Assembly: GCA_963662275.1 (NCBI GenBank)
Contig: OY759316.1
Coordinates: forward strand, 2,912,001-2,976,000
Reading direction: 5' to 3'
Source of the DNA: Candidatus Cloacimonadales bacterium
GTDB taxonomy: Bacteria; Cloacimonadota; Cloacimonadia; Cloacimonadales; DAONDQ01
Length of the DNA: 64,000 bases
Translations under genes and position numbers: made by a program
Shown: positions 47,001-53,625 of the stretch, piece by piece
Position numbering within the stretch: position 1 is the first letter of the stretch
Layout: each line of letters starts with the position of its first letter
The notes under the pieces: model-generated
Databases searched by the model: none
The model's input: only the letters and a program-made list of their open reading frames with translations
Told to the model about the DNA's origin: nothing

Positions 47001-48569
47001 CAGGAAACCGCTCACACTTCTGGCGGTTGTACTGGAGTTTACCTTAATAGCGGCTTCAGTGCTTCCATTCATGATAACGTCATCCATGATTTGTCCGACA
47101 TAGTTGCTACAGGAAGTTATGTATGCGGTATCTATGTTACAGCAGGTGCTACAGGTCAGACGAATAATATCTATAACAACCAGGTATACAATCTCAGTTC
47201 TTTGCGCCATACCCAATATGGTATCAATGTCTCAAACACTTATAGCACCAACAACATTTACAACAATGTGATTCATGACGTCACAAGTAGTACGACAAAT
47301 GGTGGTACGCAATATGGAATCTACTGCAATGCTGGGATAAATAATGTGTATGATAATGAGACCTACAACATTAACATCACTGTCGGCTCAGGAGGCAAGG
47401 TTTATGGCATATATGCAGGAACAGGAATCAATACCATCCATGGTAACAACGTCCACAATATGATTAATAACAGCACTACTGCCTCTCAAACTTACGGTAT
47501 TGCAAGTGGTACAAATACTTCCTGCCTGATTTACGAAAACATCGTAAGAGCAATTTCAAGTAACTTGTCAAGTGTAGCAGGTATCTATGTGAGTGGCGGT
47601 TCAGCCAGTACTGTCAGAAATAACAAAGTGTATGATCTCACTTATACGGGAACCTTAACCTCACAAGTGAATGGGATTTCAACAGATACTGGCAGCACAA
47701 GTTATGTTTACAACAACTTTGTATCAGACCTCAAAGCTCCTGCCATTGCATCCGGAACAACTCCCTTCATCGCTGGCATAAGTGTACTCGGGATAAGCAA
47801 CTATCTCTGGTACAATACAATCTTCCTGAATGGTACGGCATCTAATGGTATGTTGAATAGCGCAGCTATTTATATATCTTCAGCTACTTCGCTGGTGGAG
47901 ATGAAAAATAACATCTTCATTAATATGAGTGCTATAGGTTCAACAGGTATCGCAAACGCGATTTGGAAAACGTTCACAACCTGGACCAGTATCACTTCCG
48001 ATAACAATATCTTCTTTGCCGGTAATGGTGATACCCAGCATCTGATATGCTATGATGGAACGAATAGCTACCAAACATTCGATGCTTATCAGTCAGCCTC
48101 AGGAAATGACTCACACAGTTATACAGGAGATATCAACTTCGTAAATGCTGTAACAGCCCCTTATGACCTGGATATCAACCCATCGCTATCCAGCCTTGCT
48201 GATGGAGCGGGAGTAGTCATCACATCTCCTGTTTCCGTTACAGATGATTACCATTATCAGCCCCGGGCTACAGGACTTGCCGGCGATCTACCGGATATCG
48301 GAGCTGATGAAGTAACTTTACTGTTACTACCGCCTTCTACACCTGGAAATGTCAGTATCACTAGGGCAACCGGCTTAGGGAATTTGACCATTACCTGGGA
48401 TGCTTCCACAGGTGATGTTAAGGGATATCACGTCTACAGTTGCCCCACTCCGGACTTCTCTTCTGAACGTACTGCCCTGGTAGGGTCTACATCAATTTCA
48501 ACGCGAACCCTAACAGTTCCTGCTTCTGAATTGCCCATAAGGATGTTTTACCGGGTTACTGCCTATTAA
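41064..48569 (+). CDS. Giant secreted protein (2501 aa), paralog of the upstream gene
   Basis: Same N-terminus and RBS, ~6 FN3-like repeats, two beta-helix regions, identical terminal TLTVPASELPIRMFYRVTAY. Confidence 0.9.
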   Translation: MKASNYIVFMLTILTIMLAGNLFGETIYNETTGTASSITLVNSYTGWLNYGTVTYSGTADTRNTNPSTGYSGASGAGNTYFIGGSSNYMQIAGINTLGYTNIRLACGIFKTNIITATGNAENGSNFQIRYSTDGTTWSSPLVYTLPTGTGTNSDYTWITFSEALPAVANLYLKFTDVGATEPVHFRLDDVTVTGTTFNIYNETVGNGSIGISVGSYTGWNFSTPITYSGTAGVQSSYSSAGTYTNASGNGNVYIPNDTYLSISGINTTGYTDIWLSFGVHKDNSAETGTNFQVDVYDGVTLFGTYFVNIPTTSNDLWINRTVAVQIPVTTNLVLKFTDIHPSRDFRIDDIKLRAAIKAPNVSSPRATSITNTTGTLGASIVLLNSDNATERGIYYSTTSGFANGTGTKVSETGTFSAIGTFTLPVTGLTENTIYYFKGFATNIAGTGYSNQGTFTTTNVPPTIALPTVSSVTNTTAILGASITALNSSTATERGIYYSTTDGFANGTGTKVSETGAFSSTDPFTISVTGLTPNTTYYYKGFVTDAAGSGYTVQDTFITTNIFPPTVALPTATGITNTTAVLGASITAFNNSSATERGIYYSTTNGFADGTGTKVSETGTFSTTGAFTISVTGLSPNTLYYYKGFATNAAGSSYTVQDSMTTTNIFPPTVVLPTATGITNTTAVLGASITAFNNSNATERGIYYSTTDGFADGTGTKVSETGTFSTTSAFTVSVTGLSPNTLYYYKGFATNAAGSGYTVQGSMTTTNIFPPTVELPTASSITNTTAVLGASVTTLINGSATERGIYYSTTDGFADGTGTKVSETGTFSSLGAFTLEVTGLSPNTVYYYKGFAINIDGSGYTAQATFTTTNIFPPSITANATANLTDEGATLNANITSTNNALVTERGFYYSSVSGFADGTGTKISETGSFGVGAYSLILTGLDQHTQYYFKAFATNAVGTTYSAQGSINPTVIPPLATIDSPDDAAVVTNSASLNWTDGGGWTYGFKLFMGTDAAATNLTPAGGLDLGYVTTYTPAFINGSTYYWRIQPYNSFGANTTGTIRSFTVSGPLSGTKIIGPGGDYASFTAAINALNTMGVAVGGGGVTFNVTAGEVFTEAMPIPAITATGTLADQVIFRKSGTGANPIVQATGTSVSQEYFFKLLGSDYVTFDGIDLRNTGTTELMDYGYWLQAVATNGCNHNTIQNCTVTLDKASNYTTGIKVYYTNSSSITNNYNKFYNNTINHAIYGYDIYGITGSVKDTGNEIGTTTGTTMINDVSFGAYLAFQTNAKIYNQVITFAASSDISNYGIYCQTCTADVYNNRVQNGISHGSNGMFGYYNSSSQNNVHDNTFTGFSCTYGTIAGINISSGSDNVYRNKIYNLSYTVIGIGTVSGIILTAGSSNVYNNMIWDLRAPASYSTNPCVNGIQIGSSTNKIYNNTVYLYQTATGTNAGITAALTFSTAASYSQDLRNNIFVNKSAASNNPSSRTCAIFKSFTGWSCLTATSGRNIYYAYNTALPGTRNPICYENTSDIANIDAYHTAVGSLDAVSWSEDVPFDLSNLPHITTGGITFAEGNGLPVTSPAITDDIDGNLRDASTPDIGADEGAFTNVGLAPMAANVPNPANTFSAFPPTNVTFSWRAQADQTHGVPTSYKFYLRQSTGTYADMINGIDLGTALSYTPATPLLIGTGYVWKVIPANATGEAMNPPEWCFSTAYLPLNGIYTIDNTLPSGGINFASFSDAISALNYSLISGPVTFRVTSGQTFVENLPAITLQATLDNQVTFVKYGTSANPVIKAGIGKSSTSDAIVTFSCCDYITFDSIDLSENIGVNMTAYTQAEIGFNIYNGSSGAQHNTIRDCNITLANATTLNATGIYLKSSGSAATTNSYNRFLGNSVSGCFNAYIIQGSSSTSAEDIGNEIGSSSRRGTMTGCNYGVYYYHQKSFKIYDQTILLTGANGGSNGIYCNLASTSTVEIYNNNISMQETAHTSGGCTGVYLNSGFSASIHDNVIHDLSDIVATGSYVCGIYVTAGATGQTNNIYNNQVYNLSSLRHTQYGINVSNTYSTNNIYNNVIHDVTSSTTNGGTQYGIYCNAGINNVYDNETYNINITVGSGGKVYGIYAGTGINTIHGNNVHNMINNSTTASQTYGIASGTNTSCLIYENIVRAISSNLSSVAGIYVSGGSASTVRNNKVYDLTYTGTLTSQVNGISTDTGSTSYVYNNFVSDLKAPAIASGTTPFIAGISVLGISNYLWYNTIFLNGTASNGMLNSAAIYISSATSLVEMKNNIFINMSAIGSTGIANAIWKTFTTWTSITSDNNIFFAGNGDTQHLICYDGTNSYQTFDAYQSASGNDSHSYTGDINFVNAVTAPYDLDINPSLSSLADGAGVVITSPVSVTDDYHYQPRATGLAGDLPDIGADEVTLLLLPPSTPGNVSITRATGLGNLTITWDASTGDVKGYHVYSCPTPDFSSERTALVGSTSISTRTLTVPASELPIRMFYRVTAY

Positions 48570-48605
48570 ATAATCCATCTCTCCAAATAACAAGACTGGC
48601 TATTT

Positions 48606-48703
48606 CCCTCCCTTTGGATAAAGGGAGGAATGGGTCAATACCAGCATCCTGTCTTATTTCCCTCCCTTTGGATAAAGGGAGGGATTAAGGGAGAGTTTGA
48701 TTC
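48606..48703. repeat. Two CCTCCCTTT-GGAT-AAAGGGAGG palindromes
   Basis: Same family as 23113-23189. Confidence 0.8.
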
Positions 48704-48720
48704 TGCTTTTCTCCTTATCC

Positions 48721-48897
48721 TCATATCTTCTGTATCACACATTTTTCAAAAGTAGGAATGTACCTTCCATGGCGAAACCACAGCTTTAATTCTTCATCAG
48801 TATTATTTCAATTCAGTTCTGATCTTTGATTCTTTGACGAAACATGATCGTGTGTCCGTATGCTCTTCTGCGATCTATCCTGATTTTCTATTTTCAT
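48721..48897 (-). pseudogene. Possible N-terminal relic of a DUF559/Vsr-like endonuclease gene
   Basis: MKIEN...KNQRSELN*NNTDEELKLWF resembles the R.LR.N.T.AE..LW start; weak similarity. Confidence 0.25.
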
Positions 48898-49177
48898 TTA
48901 ACGGGTAACAGTTGCTTTTCAAACTCTCCGACCTAAAGGTCACCTCCGGTAGCGAAAACCCGTGTAGCATCGGATTCCGAAACGCACGGGGTGCATTTTG
49001 CCAAGCTCACTGATGATCAGCAAAAAGTTGAATTCGCTATTAATTTCGTCAAGACGTTTGCCAAAGTAAGCGACAAGGCAAGGCATTATCCTGCTCAATT
49101 AAAAGATTGGATCTATGAATATGAAAATGCGTACCACTTTCCCACATGTACACCACTTTTAACAGAACGACAGAACA

Positions 49178-49216
49178 ACCGCAACACTACCGCAGGACCA
49201 CCGCAGCAGAACCGCA
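49178..49216 (+). repeat. 11-bp-period repeat (ACCGCA core)
   Basis: Cores at 49178, 49189, 49200 and 49211. Confidence 0.75.
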
Positions 49217-49659
49217 GGGAAGAGCGGTTGTGTTTTGTTTGTTTGGTGGTTTTTGTCTGTACTGTTAAGGTTGTATTTAAAGACACTTATTAGGGGTTAT
49301 CTTAAGCCAGAAAAGAGCATAGAGTTGATCAAACCGAGAATTCATCCTCTTAAAGACACATAATACTATCAAAAAGATAGCGCTCAAGTATATTGATTTC
49401 CAGAAAAATACGTCTTCTCAAAGAGCACATAGCATCATCTAAAAAAAAGCTGGATAGCCAGTTATTTTTTATCAAAATTAACAAATAGGAAAATAGTTTT
49501 AACTGCTTATATATCAATTTCTTATCATGCATGTGTCTAAGGACGCTGAAAACAACCTCTATTTTCTATCTATTTCTCATGTTTGAAGTTGTGGTGATTA
49601 TATTTTGTAAGTGTTCAAATCAATGGAAGTTAGAAATGCTAAAAAAATATAAAAAACAC

Positions 49660-49724
49660 TTGACAGGCTCTCATAATATCTTAAGAAATGTCATTGAATC
49701 TCAATGCCTCTCAAAATTTCTCAA
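49660..49724 (+). promoter_or_regulatory. dcw promoter with 10-bp-period candidate MraZ boxes
   Basis: TTGACA at 49660; TCTCAA-like hexamers at 49669, 49679, 49689, 49699, 49709 and 49719. Confidence 0.65.
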
Positions 49725-49739
49725 CGTATGGGGGAGCTA

Positions 49740-50177
49740 ATGCCATCTGGTGACTTTATTGGAACCTATGAAGTATCAGTCTATAAGCAGCGTATCATGC
49801 TACCGACTCAATTTCAGAAGAAATTGAATCCTGCTGCAAAACAGACATTTATCCTCACGCTTGGTTTTGATAATACCATTTCAGCGTATTCCCTTGATAA
49901 TTGGAATATCCTCATTAATCGCCTGCAACATGGCTCAGAAGAAGATCAGGAATTTTTAACTGATCTCTATTACTATGCAATGGAACAGCAACTGGAAGGA
50001 CCGGGGCGTCTGAAAATCAGTGATGATCTAATGCGTGTCGCAAATATCAAAGATGTCGTGAAAATCATAGGAGTCGGAACTTTCATCTCGATATTCAATC
50101 CGGATCATCTCGAAAATCGTCGTCAGAAAATTGAAGAAAACAATAAAGGCTATTCACGTCGGAAATGGAATCTGTGA
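49740..50177 (+). CDS. mraZ: Transcriptional regulator MraZ
   Basis: F.GTY...QRI.LP..F and E.PGRL.I..L...A.I...V..IGV patterns; first gene before rsmH; ATG at 49740 after GGGGAG. Confidence 0.85.
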   Translation: MPSGDFIGTYEVSVYKQRIMLPTQFQKKLNPAAKQTFILTLGFDNTISAYSLDNWNILINRLQHGSEEDQEFLTDLYYYAMEQQLEGPGRLKISDDLMRVANIKDVVKIIGVGTFISIFNPDHLENRRQKIEENNKGYSRRKWNL

Positions 50178-51115
50178 TCTATCATGTACCAGTTTTATTG
50201 GAGGTTTGCGTGGAAGCGATGCAATTGAAGGATAATGGGATCTATGTTGATGCGACTGCTGGTGGCGGTAGCCATAGTGAAGCATTATTACAAGCTAATC
50301 CTACCATTCAATTGTACGCCTTTGACCAGGATCCGGAAGCCATTGCTTCTGCTTCAGAACATCTAGCCCAATTTAATGACCGGATTCATTTGATCCAGGA
50401 TAATTTTTCACATTTACGAACACGTCTGGCGCTACAAAAAATCAAGCACATAGATGGTATTTTATTTGATCTAGGTGTTTCCTCGCATCAGATCGATATT
50501 GCAGAACGCGGGTTCAGTTTTCAGCAATCCGGTATCCTGGATATGAGAATGAACCAGGAAGTGGGGGTTCCTGCTTTCGAAATTGTAAATCATTACGGAT
50601 ATGAACAATTAGCAAAAATCTTCAGAGAATATGGAGAGGAACCTGATGCCGGTAAAGTTGCCAGGGTCATTCTTCATGCGAGAGAAAAACATCCAATCCA
50701 GACAACAGATGATCTTTCAATGCTAATCGATGAGAACTTTCCCCAGAATCCCAAATTCAAAACAAAAATGAAAGCTAGAATCTTTCAAGCTTTACGCATT
50801 TATGTAAATCGTGAATTAGAAAATCTTCAAGCAGTACTGGTTGATTGCACGAATATTCTCAACCCTGGTGGAAGAATTGTAGTTATTTCTTATCATAGCT
50901 TAGAAGACCGCATCGTTAAGAACTACTTTAGGGCTGAGGAAAAAGCCTGCATTTGTCCTGATAATTTTCCCAAATGCATTTGTAACAAGAAGTCTAGATT
51001 AAAAATTATTACCCGCAAACCACTTTTGCCGGATTCATCTGAAATTTTAACCAACAGCCGATCCCGCAGCGCTAAGCTTCGCGTTGCAGAAAGACAGGGG
51101 GAATCATGTATATGA
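50165..51115 (+). CDS. rsmH: 16S rRNA m4C1402 methyltransferase
   Basis: HVPVLL, DATAGGGSHS, DLGVSSHQ, LDMRM, ISYHSLEDR, SRSAKLR motifs. Confidence 0.97.
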   Translation: MESVIYHVPVLLEVCVEAMQLKDNGIYVDATAGGGSHSEALLQANPTIQLYAFDQDPEAIASASEHLAQFNDRIHLIQDNFSHLRTRLALQKIKHIDGILFDLGVSSHQIDIAERGFSFQQSGILDMRMNQEVGVPAFEIVNHYGYEQLAKIFREYGEEPDAGKVARVILHAREKHPIQTTDDLSMLIDENFPQNPKFKTKMKARIFQALRIYVNRELENLQAVLVDCTNILNPGGRIVVISYHSLEDRIVKNYFRAEEKACICPDNFPKCICNKKSRLKIITRKPLLPDSSEILTNSRSRSAKLRVAERQGESCI

Positions 51116-51447
51116 AGAAATCATTCCTATTATTTTTTATTCTTATCGCGATCTTCCTTCATTTTTTTAATGAAAATCAAATTGTGAAAGCAACTAAGGA
51201 AACGGCAAGACTTAGAAAACTGTTTAATGCTGAAAAAACAATCAACACGGAATTCTGGATTTATAATTATCAACTGAATTCACGTGATCGAATCCTCCAG
51301 TATGCCTCTACTGATTTGGGTATGATCTGCCCAAAAACAGATGGTGAACAGGTGATATACATCAAGGAAAACGAGACAAAAGATAAGATATTATTCAGCC
51401 TGATCGATTTTATCATCCCTGAAGCACAAGCCTTAACCCAGAAGTAG
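51106..51447 (+). CDS. ftsL: FtsL-like cell division protein
   Basis: TM segment plus coiled coil, RI..YA...LGM motif; located between rsmH and ftsI. Confidence 0.6.
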   Translation: MYMKKSFLLFFILIAIFLHFFNENQIVKATKETARLRKLFNAEKTINTEFWIYNYQLNSRDRILQYASTDLGMICPKTDGEQVIYIKENETKDKILFSLIDFIIPEAQALTQK

Positions 51448-51453
51448 GTTAGC

Positions 51454-53625
51454 TTGAAATTCCGTTATTACAGCCTCCTGGCTGTGTTACTTCTTGTTGT
51501 TGTAACCTGGGTAATCTACTTATTCATAATTCAGATAACAGACCCCTTAGATCTCGCCTATTTACGGCAAATACGCTATAATCCTTCCAAAGAGCTTCTC
51601 ATCCCGACACGGGGTGCAATTTATGATTGTAATGGACAATTACTGGCTAGCACCATTAAATATTATCAAATTGACATTGATCGAGGTGCTGTAAAAAAAT
51701 ACGCTGAGCGACATAGATTATCACAATCTGTTGAATTCGATAAGATAGCTACTATCATTTCCCGGAATTCGGAATTAACTAAGGAATTTATCCTTGAAAA
51801 ACTGAATCGAGGAAACCTTACATTTTCTATCCAGATATCTAATAAAATCAAAGAATCTGAATTAAACAGAATTCTCAAGGAATTTGCAGCAAATAAGCTT
51901 CCCCAACCAATTTATACCTTCAGTTCAATGAAGAGAGTCTATTCAAAAGGCATCCTGGCAGCAAGAGTCATTGGTTCTGTGCGTGAGAATACAGAGGAAA
52001 TTGCCAAAATCCAAAGAGATAAAGTACTTTATAAATTACGAGGTACATGTGGATTGGAAGCAACATATGACCATATATTATCCGGTGAATATGGATGGAG
52101 AGAAGTGGTGTATGATGCTCATCATTCTGAAGTTCCATATCCTGAATTATCGGAAAAATACCCCGAGAATGGAGCAAATCTGACCCTTACCATCGATTCA
52201 GACATCCAGGAGATAGTAGAAAATAATCTCTTTGAGGGGATAGAAAAATATTCTGCTAAAAATGCAGCAGCTATTGTTATGAATCCCGATACCGGTGAGA
52301 TCGTTGCCATGGCAGGAATATCAAAAACAGATAGAAGCTCTGATCCAAATGCGGTGAGGGCGTTAATGAATATTCCGGTGACATTCATGTTCGAACCCGG
52401 TTCAACATATAAACCATTTACAGCCATGCTTGCTTTGGAAAAACATATGTATGGTCCGAATGAGCTTATCGATTGTTCAACCAGGAATATCGGGGGCAGA
52501 AGAATTGGTGATTCCCATGGGCATGGTGCTTTAACATTAAGAAATGTGATTGCCTATTCCAGTAATTGCGGAATTAGCAGAGTTGCTGAAAGAGTTGGCG
52601 CTCCAGCACTTTATGAACGTTTAACCGAACTTGGATTCGGTCAAAAATCAGGACTTAACATGGTCGGAGAATCAAGTGGCTGGTTTAGAAAACTAGTTAA
52701 TTGGGGACCATATTCATTACCTTCAATATCATTCGGGCAGGAAGTTTCGGTGACTCCTATCCAGTTAGCAACTGCATATTGTGCCATTGCCAATGGCGGT
52801 AAAGTGATGAAGCCGTATATCGTAAAATCTATCTCAGATAATAATGGTAATGTACTTCAAGCGTTTCAACCCAAGCTGATACGTACTATTTCTGATAAAA
52901 CTACTCTTGATACTCTCAGATCCTATATGCAGGGAGTTGTTGATTATGGTACAGCCACACAAGTGAAATTGGATTATTTGAAAATCGGTGGTAAAACAGG
53001 AACTGCACAAAAAAAAGAAGAAGGCAGCAATCATTATTCCGGGGATAAATTCACAGCCGGTTTTTCAGGATTCTTTCCTGTGGATAATCCTAAATTAGTA
53101 ATCGTTGTTTTATATGATGAACCTGTAGGAGTTTACCATTTCGGTGCCTTATCAGCAGGTCCAACATTTAAAGCTATTACCGAACAAATTTGCGCTTTAC
53201 CAAAATGTGCTATTATCCCGGAAGTAAAACAGAAGAACCAGGTACAAGTCATTATGCCGAATGTGACAGGTCTAAGACAGCTCCAGGCAGAAGCCATTTT
53301 ACGACAGGCGGGGATTCAATTTAATTCAGTAGTAAATGATGCTAGTGGAATCGTTGTTAATCAATTTCCAAAATCGGAAGTGCAATTCAGTCGACAAAAT
53401 TCTGCAACTTTAATTATTGATAGAAAAACCCAGGATTTCTTAGCTATATCTGATAATTCAATCATGCCTGACCTATCAGGTATGACTATCCGTTCGGCTA
53501 TGAAAATAGCAAAGACAAAGAAAATAAACTTAGTAATTAACGGTTTTGGCTCTATCATTTCTCAAACCATTCCCTCCGGTTCTAAAACACGTACGGGTGA
53601 AACCTGTATCGTGGAAGCTAAATAA
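51454..53625 (+). CDS. ftsI: Class B PBP (FtsI/PBP3) with two PASTA domains
   Basis: RGAIYD, GLE, EPGSTYK (SxxK), SSN, GKTGTAQ; MPNVTG and MPDLSG PASTA starts. Confidence 0.93.
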   Translation: MKFRYYSLLAVLLLVVVTWVIYLFIIQITDPLDLAYLRQIRYNPSKELLIPTRGAIYDCNGQLLASTIKYYQIDIDRGAVKKYAERHRLSQSVEFDKIATIISRNSELTKEFILEKLNRGNLTFSIQISNKIKESELNRILKEFAANKLPQPIYTFSSMKRVYSKGILAARVIGSVRENTEEIAKIQRDKVLYKLRGTCGLEATYDHILSGEYGWREVVYDAHHSEVPYPELSEKYPENGANLTLTIDSDIQEIVENNLFEGIEKYSAKNAAAIVMNPDTGEIVAMAGISKTDRSSDPNAVRALMNIPVTFMFEPGSTYKPFTAMLALEKHMYGPNELIDCSTRNIGGRRIGDSHGHGALTLRNVIAYSSNCGISRVAERVGAPALYERLTELGFGQKSGLNMVGESSGWFRKLVNWGPYSLPSISFGQEVSVTPIQLATAYCAIANGGKVMKPYIVKSISDNNGNVLQAFQPKLIRTISDKTTLDTLRSYMQGVVDYGTATQVKLDYLKIGGKTGTAQKKEEGSNHYSGDKFTAGFSGFFPVDNPKLVIVVLYDEPVGVYHFGALSAGPTFKAITEQICALPKCAIIPEVKQKNQVQVIMPNVTGLRQLQAEAILRQAGIQFNSVVNDASGIVVNQFPKSEVQFSRQNSATLIIDRKTQDFLAISDNSIMPDLSGMTIRSAMKIAKTKKINLVINGFGSIISQTIPSGSKTRTGETCIVEAK

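Noticed and set aside
48991..49293. 100-aa ORF
   Set aside because: It starts inside a repeat and runs through the 11-bp array; the middle could be a gene fragment but I cannot assign it.
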